A stretch of 64,000 nt of DNA from positions 96,001 to 160,000 of IMG/VR virus record IMGVR_UViG_3300034157_000065; one strand, written 5' to 3'. The DNA is from a virus (lineage: Duplodnaviria > Caudoviricetes). Made by a program: the position numbers and the translations under genes. The notes beneath the pieces were generated by a model. That model was not told the DNA's origin. It did not search any database and saw nothing but the letters and a program-made list of their open reading frames with translations. Positions 1 to 9,911 of the stretch are shown here, piece after piece (position 1 is the first letter of the stretch; each line of letters begins with the position of its first letter).

Positions 1-528
1 GTCAAGATTGATAACTTTCACTTTTTGGATAACTCATCTGTGGTCATTGACGACATTGAGTTTATTGGTTCTACTTTGTGGGTAGATTTTAACCGTCAAG
101 ATTTTCACACCATGTATAATGCGTCTATTGAAATCAAAGATTTTCGTAAAATCTTTAATGCTAATAATGATGAATACATCACTGCACAAGAAGTTTATGC
201 AGAGTTTGAACAGTCATATGATTATTTGAAAAACGCTTTGTATGATGAAAATGGCTATGTGAAGGTATTGGTGACTCATTATGGTTTTTCTCACCAAAGT
301 GTTCACCCCAGCTACCGTAACCATCCATCAGATTTAAAGATGAACCATTACTTTACCAATAACTTGGACAACTTCATTGGTAATTCTTTGGCTAAGGTGG
401 CTATTCATGGTCATATGCACACTTCTGTTGATTTTATGTTGGGCGATGTTCATGTGGTGTGTGAGCCTGTGGGCTATCCAGACAACATTAACCCAGAATT
501 CAACTTTAAAGTGGTTGACTTGAAGTAA
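1..528 (+). CDS. Calcineurin-like metallophosphoesterase (5' end outside window)
   Basis: Frame open from base 1; motifs FIGSTLW, VLVTHY, IHGHMH and C-terminal PVGYP typical of phage metallophosphoesterases. Confidence 0.85.
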   Translation, partial: VKIDNFHFLDNSSVVIDDIEFIGSTLWVDFNRQDFHTMYNASIEIKDFRKIFNANNDEYITAQEVYAEFEQSYDYLKNALYDENGYVKVLVTHYGFSHQSVHPSYRNHPSDLKMNHYFTNNLDNFIGNSLAKVAIHGHMHTSVDFMLGDVHVVCEPVGYPDNINPEFNFKVVDLK

Positions 529-559
529 CATTATTACCTTAATTTTTGGAGTATATACA

Positions 560-820
560 ATGATTTCAGAACCGTTGAACTATTATGATGAACAAGTTAT
601 TGCAATGGACTTGACACGTCTTTACAGAAAAGAACAAGAACTGTTGGCCGCTATGATTAAGAATCAATCTTCGGCTACTTCAATGGCTGAGCAAAAACAG
701 ATCATGAAAGAATATCAAGAACTGGATGAGGTGGTTAAGTTTTCTGACCGCAAAGAAGAAATCTTGCGTCGTCAACAAGTGGCACAAGATCGAGCAGAAG
801 TGGCTAAACATCAAGAATAG
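560..820 (+). CDS. Hypothetical helical protein
   Basis: GGAG RBS, 86 aa ORF. Confidence 0.7.
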   Translation: MISEPLNYYDEQVIAMDLTRLYRKEQELLAAMIKNQSSATSMAEQKQIMKEYQELDEVVKFSDRKEEILRRQQVAQDRAEVAKHQE

Positions 821-884
821 TAATTGCCTTATATTCGGATTTTTGCTATAATTAATCACATTCAAACAGAACGAGATACCTATC

Positions 885-1259
885 ATGAAAATTGCACACA
901 TTGTCATTCAAGAAGCGGTCACTCATTTTTTGGCTAACCAACCAATCAACAAGCTGATCACTCAATTGTTTCGTGGTGGCCGACAAGTTCAGGATAGTTT
1001 TGAGCCGGTCAAACATTTTTCTTTCATGAAATATGAAGACGGCGTGGGTACCATGCGTATTCATTTGACCAATGCTCTTCCACGTATTCTTGATAGCATT
1101 GAGACAAGAGAAGACATGGACACTACTTTTACGATTTCTGTAAAAGGTTTGGAAGCCGAAATTGTTGTAAGCTATGATAAACCTTCGATGTGGTTCAACA
1201 TCACCTCGAAGACATTTGATAATCTTTTTGCATTGGCCGGGGAGCGGTCAAAGGAGTAA
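885..1259 (+). CDS. Hypothetical protein
   Basis: ORF after TGnTATAAT promoter. Confidence 0.7.
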   Translation: MKIAHIVIQEAVTHFLANQPINKLITQLFRGGRQVQDSFEPVKHFSFMKYEDGVGTMRIHLTNALPRILDSIETREDMDTTFTISVKGLEAEIVVSYDKPSMWFNITSKTFDNLFALAGERSKE

Positions 1260-1261
1260 GT

Positions 1262-1690
1262 ATGGAATTTAGAGAATTTGTTGAAAAAGCTTTCGAAGTT
1301 GTTACTTTATATAAAGATACTCAGGCTGTTTATGGGACAGTTTCTAGAAAAGAATTTGAATCACTGAGTGATACTGAACTGGAATCTCTTTTGTTTGAGC
1401 GTACTTGGGCTTCTGGTGGGCATACGGGTAAAAGCTGCTGGGGTGGCGAAGGCTACTCACGTAGTGGTGATACACCAGAAGATATCACGCCTGATGTGGC
1501 TAAAGTGCTGCTGGCTGTTGGTAAGTCAGATATTGGCTTTGTGACTTATATGGCAACCGTTCATCCGCTGGTTAAATCGACTTCGTTGAGTGATTCCAGT
1601 GACTATTATGGTAACTACACCAACTATGCACGGCTTTATGTGAATTTGAAAGAGTTGTATGATGTGGTGTATGGCGACAATGATGAGTAA
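1262..1690 (+). CDS. Hypothetical protein, paralog of 1751-2170
   Basis: AGGAG RBS; shares EF.EFV.KA, W.SGG..G..C and DYY.NY..Y...YV.LK.LYD with the next gene. Confidence 0.8.
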   Translation: MEFREFVEKAFEVVTLYKDTQAVYGTVSRKEFESLSDTELESLLFERTWASGGHTGKSCWGGEGYSRSGDTPEDITPDVAKVLLAVGKSDIGFVTYMATVHPLVKSTSLSDSSDYYGNYTNYARLYVNLKELYDVVYGDNDE

Positions 1691-1750
1691 GCAATAACAA
1701 TTAATAATTATATCCTATGAATCTTATGCGATTATATCAGGAGAAAAATT

Positions 1751-2170
1751 ATGATTGAGTTTAAAGAGTTTGTAAAAAAAGCCGTAGTGTTTGCAAATGT
1801 GTCCGTGGATGTTTTAAATTCGCGTGATTACTCGTTAACTGAACAGTGTATTGAAGCGTTAGATGACAAAGTGCTGGAAACTACTGTGATTGAAAAGGTT
1901 TGGGTTTCTGGTGGTGTCTCAGGCAACGATTGCTATGAGTATTTGAATAGAACCGTGGACAGTGAAGGTGAACAAGAGATTACCCAAGAAGTGTTGGGAT
2001 TGTTGAGAAGTCTAGGTCGTGATGACGTTGACAGTTCAGTAATAGAAGCAATGGTTCAAAAGCATTCATTTGACGAAGAACCAGATTACTACTTCAACTA
2101 CTACGAGTATTCAAAAGTGTATGTTAGCTTGAAAGCGTTGTATGATAAGTTTTTGGCGAAAGCTGAATAA
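1751..2170 (+). CDS. Hypothetical protein, paralog of 1262-1690
   Basis: AGGAG RBS; same shared motifs. Confidence 0.8.
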   Translation: MIEFKEFVKKAVVFANVSVDVLNSRDYSLTEQCIEALDDKVLETTVIEKVWVSGGVSGNDCYEYLNRTVDSEGEQEITQEVLGLLRSLGRDDVDSSVIEAMVQKHSFDEEPDYYFNYYEYSKVYVSLKALYDKFLAKAE

Positions 2171-2194
2171 TTTAATTGTAGCGTTCTGTTAGAA

Positions 2195-2223
2195 AAAAGA
2201 CCTCACTTCGGTGGGGTTTTTTA
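2195..2223 (+). terminator. Intrinsic terminator
   Basis: gacctcac-ttcg-gtggggtt followed by T-run. Confidence 0.8.
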
Positions 2224-2295
2224 TTGTTTAATTATTGTGGTTCTGTTATAATGAGGCTAATGACTTGCATTGCTTTGAAGCAAAGGAGATAACAC

Positions 2296-2529
2296 ATGAG
2301 TCGCGGCGAATCCACTGAAATGATTTCAACCACCTTCTATATTGGATGGTATTACCTGCGAACGGTTCGTCAATACTTGGATGATATTATTGAAAACAAG
2401 GGCTGGCCTATTCAATATCAAGAGTCCATGTGGATTTTCGAAAACAAGTTTGTTTTGTATGGCCCACAAAGTGACATTATGTATGTTAAGACAAAAATCG
2501 AAAAATATTTGAGTGAATTACAATTTTAA
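2296..2529 (+). CDS. Hypothetical protein
   Basis: AAGGAG RBS. Confidence 0.7.
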   Translation: MSRGESTEMISTTFYIGWYYLRTVRQYLDDIIENKGWPIQYQESMWIFENKFVLYGPQSDIMYVKTKIEKYLSELQF

Positions 2530-2572
2530 ATGAAAAAAAGGAGTGATTGAAACTCCTTTTTTATTTTACAGC

Positions 2573-3634
2573 TTATTGTTTGTTATTTTCATTTGAACTG
2601 CTTTTATCCATATCTTGATTATCCTCTTTTTTCGACTTGACTATGTGTATAAACATATTAATTAAACTTCGCTTTCTATTTTCATCTAAATTCTGCAATT
2701 CAATCATTGCTTCATCTAACCCTTTTCTTTTATAGATATCTAACAAGTATAAATCATTTTCTTTGAATTTAATTATTTGATTATATCTATCTAGCATTGT
2801 TGCTGTATAAAGTTCACCTAATTTACTTTTTATATACGTGTCATCTTGTGGTTTATAATTTGAATAAATCTTGTCAGTCAATTCAAAAATTTCTTTATTT
2901 GATGGTGTATTAGTGCCCATATATACTACCATATACATAAGACTTTTATAATTTTTAGTTGATCTTTCAAATGATGTAAATCCATCAGGTATAATTTCTA
3001 TATTAAAGACATTTGGTTTTAATTTTATTAAAGGATTGCCGTCTGGTATGTAATGACTTTGAGCGTCTATTACTCTATTAATCATTTCCGCTCTATGAAT
3101 GTTAGAATGAAAATTTGTTAAGCCTAATACAATTAAAGAAGTCAATAAAACAACGCTTACTATTTTTATATTCTTAATATCCTTTCTCATCACAAATAGT
3201 ACACTTAATATTAGAATAAAGAAATCATAATATCTAAAAAAACCTTCTTTTATTACAGGAATCAATTCCAAATTGTATTCTGTATAGTATGTCTCAGTTT
3301 TAACTTTTAAAATATTAAATACTATATTAATTAAAATAAATGATATGATCTGTATTTTTAGTGATAATGCTATTTTTTTTGTAACATCACTAGATCCTTT
3401 ATATAAAAGAATAGTTATGATATTTAATATAGGAAGCATTAAGTAAGTTATACTGTAATAATAACTTAATGTAACTTTCCAATATTCTGATGGTGTTCCA
3501 TTTACGATTCCATCATAATAGTTATGAACACCTAAATATCCTGTTGTATCAAGTATGCCAAAATATCCGATAATAATGTATATGATATTGATAGCTAATA
3601 AATTGCACATCACTTTATTACCTATTAGTTTCAT
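2573..3634 (-). CDS. Polytopic membrane protein (about 5 TM) with soluble C-terminal domain
   Basis: Hydrophobic segments in N-terminal half; extremely AT-rich; start overlaps the DUF1643 stop. Confidence 0.7.
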   Translation of the reverse strand: MKLIGNKVMCNLLAINIIYIIIGYFGILDTTGYLGVHNYYDGIVNGTPSEYWKVTLSYYYSITYLMLPILNIITILLYKGSSDVTKKIALSLKIQIISFILINIVFNILKVKTETYYTEYNLELIPVIKEGFFRYYDFFILILSVLFVMRKDIKNIKIVSVVLLTSLIVLGLTNFHSNIHRAEMINRVIDAQSHYIPDGNPLIKLKPNVFNIEIIPDGFTSFERSTKNYKSLMYMVVYMGTNTPSNKEIFELTDKIYSNYKPQDDTYIKSKLGELYTATMLDRYNQIIKFKENDLYLLDIYKRKGLDEAMIELQNLDENRKRSLINMFIHIVKSKKEDNQDMDKSSSNENNKQ

Positions 3635-4119
3635 TCTTTACCCCCTAAGTTAAATTCTATGAATGGCTGATCGCCTTTTATGTACAATGGGTGTTTCGGC
3701 ATACCGGCTTTTGTTGTGCCTAAACAATACATTTCAACACCTAACTCACTCAGCATGTTGTAGACTTCAATCACTCTATTCATCTTGGCATTTACACCCC
3801 AAGCACAAATAATCTTTTTATTCTGTGTGAACAGGTTTGTTAAATATTCATCATTTTCAGAACCCACAGGATCTTCTGTTAACCAAAGGCTTTTTGGTGT
3901 TGGTGAACGATACGCATAAAGATTGACTACTTTGAGAGAATCGTATCCATTATCTTTTGCAAATTGAATACATCGTCTAATCGTGGGGTCATCAAGCATG
4001 GCATCAGCAGTACTTGGATTTAGCATACAAAATATTGCTGGATTACTGGCGTTTTCTACGAAGTCTCTACCTAATTCATAACGGTATTTTTGACACTGAC
4101 TAATGATGGCTGTTTTCAT
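3631..4119 (-). CDS. DUF1643 family protein
   Basis: Motifs YRY.L.R, MLNPSTAD...DDPT.RRC, VNLYA.R, AWG, PKHPLY. Confidence 0.9.
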   Translation of the reverse strand: MKTAIISQCQKYRYELGRDFVENASNPAIFCMLNPSTADAMLDDPTIRRCIQFAKDNGYDSLKVVNLYAYRSPTPKSLWLTEDPVGSENDEYLTNLFTQNKKIICAWGVNAKMNRVIEVYNMLSELGVEMYCLGTTKAGMPKHPLYIKGDQPFIEFNLGGKE

Positions 4120-4306
4120 ATTTAAATTCTCCTTATCGCATAATATAACAAAGAAAACTTAAGTCAAAAATTCAGGCTATATTTTATTAAATAATGTTGA
4201 TTTATAAGGAGTACACAATGTTTCATCATTATAGTATATATACACAAAGTATGATTGCTTTATTTATTTTAATACTATATAATGTCTTGTAAAATAGGGG
4301 GACTTC

Positions 4307-4816
4307 ATGAAATATTTTCTAATCCTGATTATTGTGCTATTGAGTAGTATGCTGGTGACGGCTAATGACCCTGATATAGTATCCCCTAACTATGACATCA
4401 CAGTCACTGATAAATATAAAACGGTTAATCTTATTATTCCAGCGAGCCTTGGAAAAATATCCTATGCTTCTATCGGAGAAGGTAAAGAAGACACCTTGAT
4501 AGACTGTCTGGTCAGTTTAGGTGAAATTGATGATTTAAATGTCAAAACATCTGTTTATAATATTAAACGAATTGGTGCTGATATATCTATTTATACTTTA
4601 TCTAAGAATAACGATCAGTTTAAAGTTATGGTGGTTTACACAAAACCAGAAATAAGATTAGAAGATAATTTAACCAATAACAATCATCGTTGTGATTTCT
4701 TAAACAGTGTCTCTCCCACCACTAAATGGCTTGGTAATCTTAATATTGGACAAACAACTATTATTTTTACACCTGATGGCAATGAGTTATATTTACAGAT
4801 AAACAAATCTAAATAG
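4307..4816 (+). CDS. Secreted protein, tandem family member 1 of 3
   Basis: Signal peptide; two conserved Cys; W.G...G....I...GN.L C-terminus shared with next two genes. Confidence 0.75.
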   Translation: MKYFLILIIVLLSSMLVTANDPDIVSPNYDITVTDKYKTVNLIIPASLGKISYASIGEGKEDTLIDCLVSLGEIDDLNVKTSVYNIKRIGADISIYTLSKNNDQFKVMVVYTKPEIRLEDNLTNNNHRCDFLNSVSPTTKWLGNLNIGQTTIIFTPDGNELYLQINKSK

Positions 4817-4876
4817 CTATCCATTGTATATTTAAGTTAAGAGAGTATAATACTTGTAAACTTCGGAGACTTCATT

Positions 4877-5395
4877 ATGTTTAAATCATTATTGGCTATT
4901 GGTGTATTGTTGAGTTCAGGATTACTTCATGCGGCAGAAATACAACAGACTGACTATACGGTTAGCTTTACTGACAAACATAACAAGATTACAGGATTGC
5001 AGTTGCTTAATGTGGGCAGTATTTCTTATGGTGCTGCAGGTTCAATGAAAGATAGTAATAAGATTTCTAATTGTGTTATTGACGTTGATGATCCTTTAGC
5101 TCCACCTATGCCTATTGAAATTTATTCAGCAGCCGACTCAGATACTTTCGTTTCTGTTTTTACGATTTCAAAAATTAGAGATACATTTCATGTGATTATC
5201 TCGCTTAAATATGAAGAAGACTTTTCCACTGAAAACGCTATTAAAATTAATGATAAATGTACCATTGCTAATAATGTAGCCACTTTAATTGACGTGAACT
5301 GGGCTGGCGATATTAATGTAGGTGAAAAGAAAACTATAAAACTTCCTAATAATAATGAGCTTTATATGGAAGTCCTCGAAGGTTATCCAGAATAA
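4877..5395 (+). CDS. Secreted protein, tandem family member 2 of 3
   Basis: Signal peptide ending LHA-A; same Cys pair and C-terminal motif. Confidence 0.75.
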   Translation: MFKSLLAIGVLLSSGLLHAAEIQQTDYTVSFTDKHNKITGLQLLNVGSISYGAAGSMKDSNKISNCVIDVDDPLAPPMPIEIYSAADSDTFVSVFTISKIRDTFHVIISLKYEEDFSTENAIKINDKCTIANNVATLIDVNWAGDINVGEKKTIKLPNNNELYMEVLEGYPE

Positions 5396-5468
5396 TTAAA
5401 TCTATATTTTAATATGATTGTATTTCTCCTTTTTAAAGATATAATTTATACTTTATAGGAGAATTACA

Positions 5469-6002
5469 ATGTTAAAACAAATTTTTATTGCAGGATCTTT
5501 GCTTATAGCATCCATGTCAGCTTATGCCGTTAATGAAATACCAAAATTGTATAACTTTGATTTTAGAGATGCCAATGGCACTGTGGCTTTTTCTTTGATA
5601 ACGCCTATTGGTAAAATAATGCCTATTCAGGTTACACAAGAAGATAAAGAAAAAGCGACCACCTGTTCAATTACATTAGATGATGTAGATGGTAAGACAA
5701 AATTTGATGTTAAACAAGAAGTTAATATTGGCATTACGGCTACAATTTATCCAGTTACTATTAAAGATGATGAGATTAAATTGATGTTAGTTTATAATAA
5801 AAAAGACTATCTTGATTCTGAAAATCCACATGACCCCTATAAACTTAGCGAAACATGTGATTTTTCAAACAGTCTTTCTGTTTTAGAAACCACTGACCTT
5901 CAATGGATTGGCGATGTTAAACTTGGCAAACAAGTGAAAGTTAAGTTGTCGGATGGTAATGCACTTTTTATCGTAGCTACAGAAGTTAAACCTGAAGCTT
6001 AA
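5469..6002 (+). CDS. Secreted protein, tandem family member 3 of 3
   Basis: Signal peptide ending AYA; same Cys pair and C-terminal motif. Confidence 0.75.
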   Translation: MLKQIFIAGSLLIASMSAYAVNEIPKLYNFDFRDANGTVAFSLITPIGKIMPIQVTQEDKEKATTCSITLDDVDGKTKFDVKQEVNIGITATIYPVTIKDDEIKLMLVYNKKDYLDSENPHDPYKLSETCDFSNSLSVLETTDLQWIGDVKLGKQVKVKLSDGNALFIVATEVKPEA

Positions 6003-6007
6003 TTCTC

Positions 6008-6661
6008 GTGAACGAGCATATTTTTAAAATTAAACAAAATCTTCTTCAGTTAGGCTTTCTACAATCATTTGTTGATTGCCTACGATTTAACCATCTCTAT
6101 CCTGATGATAAATATTCCCGCATAGTTGAAGAAATAATTGACAAAAATGGTATTAAATTAGGCCATTTAAATATTAGCTGTGCTCCTGAAAAGAATACAA
6201 GATATATTTCTTTCTGTTTTGCAGAATCTCAAGTATTCATTCAAAACATTTCTATAACGACTTACAATAAAGAAAGACTATACACTTATTGTTGTGTTGA
6301 ATTTGATCTTGATTTTAATTTTTTATATTTTTCATTATTTGATAATCTATATATGAAAGCAGAACAACTCAAGTATCCTTATAATATGGATATATGGTTT
6401 TATTTTGACATCAATTTAGATTTGTTAAAATTTAATATTCAAGGATATTCTGATATAGGTCAGAATTTATTTTGTATTGAGAAAAACAAAGAAAATTTTC
6501 TGCCAACATCAGATGAACTATTGTTAATTGAATTTCTTCAATATCAGTACAATCCTGCCATTGTGGCCTATGTTCCTGAGTTCTATATACCATCCGCTTA
6601 CGATTTCAATTCAGATGAATTTAAAATTCGTATAGATTTAACTAAAATGATTACTATTTAG
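6008..6661 (+). CDS. YDF-tail family protein
   Basis: Ends VPEFYIPSAYDFNSDEFKIRIDLTKMITI. Confidence 0.75.
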   Translation: MNEHIFKIKQNLLQLGFLQSFVDCLRFNHLYPDDKYSRIVEEIIDKNGIKLGHLNISCAPEKNTRYISFCFAESQVFIQNISITTYNKERLYTYCCVEFDLDFNFLYFSLFDNLYMKAEQLKYPYNMDIWFYFDINLDLLKFNIQGYSDIGQNLFCIEKNKENFLPTSDELLLIEFLQYQYNPAIVAYVPEFYIPSAYDFNSDEFKIRIDLTKMITI

Positions 6662-6669
6662 GAGAAATA

Positions 6670-7302
6670 ATGCAAGAAAATATAATTAAAATTAAAGAAA
6701 CCTGTTTGAAGCTAGGCTTTCCAGAAGACTTTATAAATTGTTTACATATTACTGATGATGAAATGGATTCTGTTTTTTGTTCTGTTGTAATCAATGATTC
6801 TTCTGGACTCCCATTGTGTTCTGTTAATTTTATTAACACATCACAAGATGATTCTAAAAGTTTCTTGATGACATTTGACTTTATACATCAACAAGAGTTC
6901 TTAAAAAAACTATGGAATAATGATCATTCTTGTTCTATTATGTTTGATGGTGATTTAAATTTTGTAAATTTACAATCTAGTTCTCATTTAAATATCACAA
7001 ACGAAAAAACAGGAAAAAAATATTATTTAATAACGACCTTTCAATTTGATATTAATTCAGAACTACATACCATCCATAGTTCAGAAGTCAGTAATGGTGA
7101 TGAAGAACCATTCCATTTTAATAGAATTAAAGAAAATATGTTGTCAATTGATGATGAAACCATCTTAATTGAATTTATTAAATATAGACATAATCCATCT
7201 ATTATCGAGACAGTTCCTGAATTTTACATTCCTTCTGCCTATGACTTTAATTCAGAAGAATTTAAAAGCCGTATTTCATTAGCTAAAATGATGATGATTT
7301 AA
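6670..7302 (+). CDS. YDF-tail family protein
   Basis: AGGAG RBS; ends VPEFYIPSAYDFNSEEFKSRISLAKMMMI. Confidence 0.8.
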   Translation: MQENIIKIKETCLKLGFPEDFINCLHITDDEMDSVFCSVVINDSSGLPLCSVNFINTSQDDSKSFLMTFDFIHQQEFLKKLWNNDHSCSIMFDGDLNFVNLQSSSHLNITNEKTGKKYYLITTFQFDINSELHTIHSSEVSNGDEEPFHFNRIKENMLSIDDETILIEFIKYRHNPSIIETVPEFYIPSAYDFNSEEFKSRISLAKMMMI

Positions 7303-7412
7303 AGGATATTATTTTATTTAAAGTGGTAATTTTGATTTCTTAAAAAATAGGTTGCTTTAAAATCCTCATTTTGGTATACTAAGTCAATTGAAAACAACGG
7401 AGATACACGAAC

Positions 7413-8567
7413 ATGAATCTTTTTCCAAACATCGAACACATCAATGATATTTTGCCAGCTTTGGCAGGTAAAACCTATATCGGTGTGAACAAGCAATCTA
7501 ACGGTGCAACCGTTCTTTGCTACAACATCAGCAACGGTGAATCCTTTGCTACGCCTTTTGAAAAAGAATGCCGTGGTATCACCTTTGACCGTGATGGTAA
7601 AATTGTAAACCGTCCTTTGCACAAGTTTTTCAACTTGGCAGAGCGTGAAGAAGTATTGCCACACAACATTAACTGGGATGATGTGGTTGCTGTCTTCGAT
7701 AAGATGGATGGTTCCATGATTACTGCTGGTGTGTTTCATGGAGATGTTTTTGTAAAATCCAAAAAGTCTTTTGAATCTGATGTGGCTGTGTCGGCTTTGG
7801 CGTATGTTAAAGCAAACCAGAAATACGAAGATTTTATTAAGCATTGTGCATCCTTGGATTTGACACCAATCTTTGAATACACTTCGCCAAACAACCGTAT
7901 CGTGTTGCGTTACGATGAAGAAAAAATGACGTTGTTGCATGTGCGTCATACCATTACTGGTGCTTATTTTATGCCAGATGAAGTCGCAGCTTTGGCAAAA
8001 GAGTTTGATATTCCAGTTAACGTTCCATTGTTTGGTAAAGGTTTCGACTTGAAAGCATTGTTGCATTCGTTGGATACTGTAGAAGGGATTGAAGGTTACG
8101 TTATTCAGTTCTCTAACGGTAATATGGTTAAGGTAAAAACGACTTGGTATGTTAACTTACACCACGCAGTAACATTCGTGCGTATTCGTGACATTGCTCG
8201 CTTGGTTTTATCCGAGAAAATTGACGACTACATTGCATTTGTTGCATTACATGCAAAAGACGCTGATTTGACTCACATCCATTACATCAATGATACGATT
8301 AAAGCAGAAATTGAAGGCATTAAGAAAGACGTTGCAGATATTTTGGCTCAGCATGAAGGTGTTGATTTCAAAACCTTGGCAACCACTTACTTGGGTCATC
8401 CATATTTCTCTTTCATCATGACTACCGCTCGCGGTAAAGAAGTTGATTACTTGGATTACTATGAACGCAACCGTTTGAAAGAAGTCTGGTCTTTGGAGCA
8501 AGTTGACTTGGGCAACTTCACAGGGATTGATGATTCTGATGATGAAGTTCCCGTAGACGAAGATTAA
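7413..8567 (+). CDS. rnlA: RNA ligase, T4 Rnl1-like
   Basis: ECRGITFD, RPLHKFFN, motif I DKMDGS, FEYTSPNNRIV, EGYV, VKVKTTWY. Confidence 0.9.
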   Translation: MNLFPNIEHINDILPALAGKTYIGVNKQSNGATVLCYNISNGESFATPFEKECRGITFDRDGKIVNRPLHKFFNLAEREEVLPHNINWDDVVAVFDKMDGSMITAGVFHGDVFVKSKKSFESDVAVSALAYVKANQKYEDFIKHCASLDLTPIFEYTSPNNRIVLRYDEEKMTLLHVRHTITGAYFMPDEVAALAKEFDIPVNVPLFGKGFDLKALLHSLDTVEGIEGYVIQFSNGNMVKVKTTWYVNLHHAVTFVRIRDIARLVLSEKIDDYIAFVALHAKDADLTHIHYINDTIKAEIEGIKKDVADILAQHEGVDFKTLATTYLGHPYFSFIMTTARGKEVDYLDYYERNRLKEVWSLEQVDLGNFTGIDDSDDEVPVDED

Positions 8568-8583
8568 TCACTAGCATCAATAT

Positions 8584-8609
8584 AAGACGTTCTTCGGAAC
8601 GTCTTTTTT
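8584..8609 (+). terminator. Intrinsic terminator (cUUCGg)
   Basis: aagacgttc-ttcg-gaacgtctt plus T-run. Confidence 0.85.
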
Positions 8610-8643
8610 AATCAATTCATTTCTATGATTGGAGATACACATT

Positions 8644-9162
8644 ATGGAAAAAGTTAACGATAGTTTCAGTTCTGTTATGATGTCATGCACAAAAAATGTA
8701 TTGTTAACCATAGCAGGTATTTGTTTGGTTTATTTTTCGTTCCTATTTGTAACTGATAATTGGACTTCTATAAGTAACAATTTCATGTCTTTTTTGATGA
8801 TTTTTAAACCTCTTAAAACGTTCCTATTTGAACACTTAGGTAAAATATTTATAGGTTGGTTAATTCTTTCAGTTTGGAGTTGTTGCATTCTCTACAAAAT
8901 TGAAGTCTCAGATGTTACAATTAAGACTCCTGCTGCTTTAAGTGCCCTCGCATTCATGCTCATACCTACTGGCAGTTTGATCTTATTTATGTCAGCTACG
9001 GTTTTGGATTCATGGTTTATCAGTGCAGTCTGTGTTATTATTGCTTTCCTAATGTTATTCACTTTTTTGATTATATCTTCTTGTCTTTTGTTTCCGGGGA
9101 CACTAACCCCCGTAGAAAGTAGTCCAGAACAGTTAGATTTATTCAACAATACACCGCAATAA
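8644..9162 (+). CDS. Four-TM membrane protein with C-terminal QLDLF
   Basis: GGAG RBS before ATG 8644; paralog of 9287-9820. Confidence 0.8.
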   Translation: MEKVNDSFSSVMMSCTKNVLLTIAGICLVYFSFLFVTDNWTSISNNFMSFLMIFKPLKTFLFEHLGKIFIGWLILSVWSCCILYKIEVSDVTIKTPAALSALAFMLIPTGSLILFMSATVLDSWFISAVCVIIAFLMLFTFLIISSCLLFPGTLTPVESSPEQLDLFNNTPQ

Positions 9163-9168
9163 TTGATA

Positions 9169-9196
9169 AAAGGCATTCTTCGGAATGTCTTTTTTT
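9169..9196 (+). terminator. Intrinsic terminator (cUUCGg)
   Basis: aaggcattc-ttcg-gaatgtctt plus T-run. Confidence 0.8.
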
Positions 9197-9286
9197 GTTT
9201 TAAGATAAATGTTTATTTACACGACCCATTGTTGACTTTTTTTTTATCAATAATATTATATAGTCAACTTATTGGAGATATAATAT

Positions 9287-9820
9287 ATGGATGAAGTTAA
9301 AAAGAGTGTCACTTCTGTTATGCTGTCATGTACAAAGAATGTATTGCTGGCAGTGGCTGGTATTTATTTATTTTATCTTTCTGTTGGCTTTATTGCTAAC
9401 AACTGGTCTTCAGTTGCTAATGTTTGGTCAATTATTGTAACTAATGTCAGTTCTTTTATGACTGTTTTCGTTCCATTTAAAGATTTCTTATTTGAACACT
9501 TGGGTAAAATTTTTACAGGCTGGTTAATTCTTTTTGTTTGGACTCTTTGTATTATTGTTAAATTGGAGTACCACAATACTGATGTACCCACCGTATTTCC
9601 TGTTTTATTTTTTATGCTAGTTCCTGTTGGAAGTATTATTTTATTTATGGTAGCCAGTGCTTCAACCGATGACGCTCTAACAGTATTTTCCATTTTTTTT
9701 GGAATTTTACTCTCTTGTTTTTTTCTATTGCTTTGTGGTGTTTTCTTAAATCCTGATCCTGTTGTTCCAAAAAAACAAGTGAATTCTCCAAAACAATTAG
9801 AATTGTTTGATAAAGATTAG
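9287..9820 (+). CDS. Four-TM membrane protein with C-terminal QLELF
   Basis: Paralog of 8644-9162 (SVM.SCTKNVLL, FLFEHLGKIF.GWLIL). Confidence 0.8.
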   Translation: MDEVKKSVTSVMLSCTKNVLLAVAGIYLFYLSVGFIANNWSSVANVWSIIVTNVSSFMTVFVPFKDFLFEHLGKIFTGWLILFVWTLCIIVKLEYHNTDVPTVFPVLFFMLVPVGSIILFMVASASTDDALTVFSIFFGILLSCFFLLLCGVFLNPDPVVPKKQVNSPKQLELFDKD

Positions 9821-9911
9821 TTCTGATTTATAATAAATTGACGCTTTCCTAGCGTCTTTTTTTTGCTTTATTGGTTTTGACATGCTATTATAGCGACAAT
9901 CAAAAAATATT

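Noticed and set aside
7314-8501. Long antisense ORFs within the RNA ligase and similar shadow ORFs elsewhere
   Set aside because: Codon-bias shadows of well-supported opposite-strand genes, without RBS or motifs
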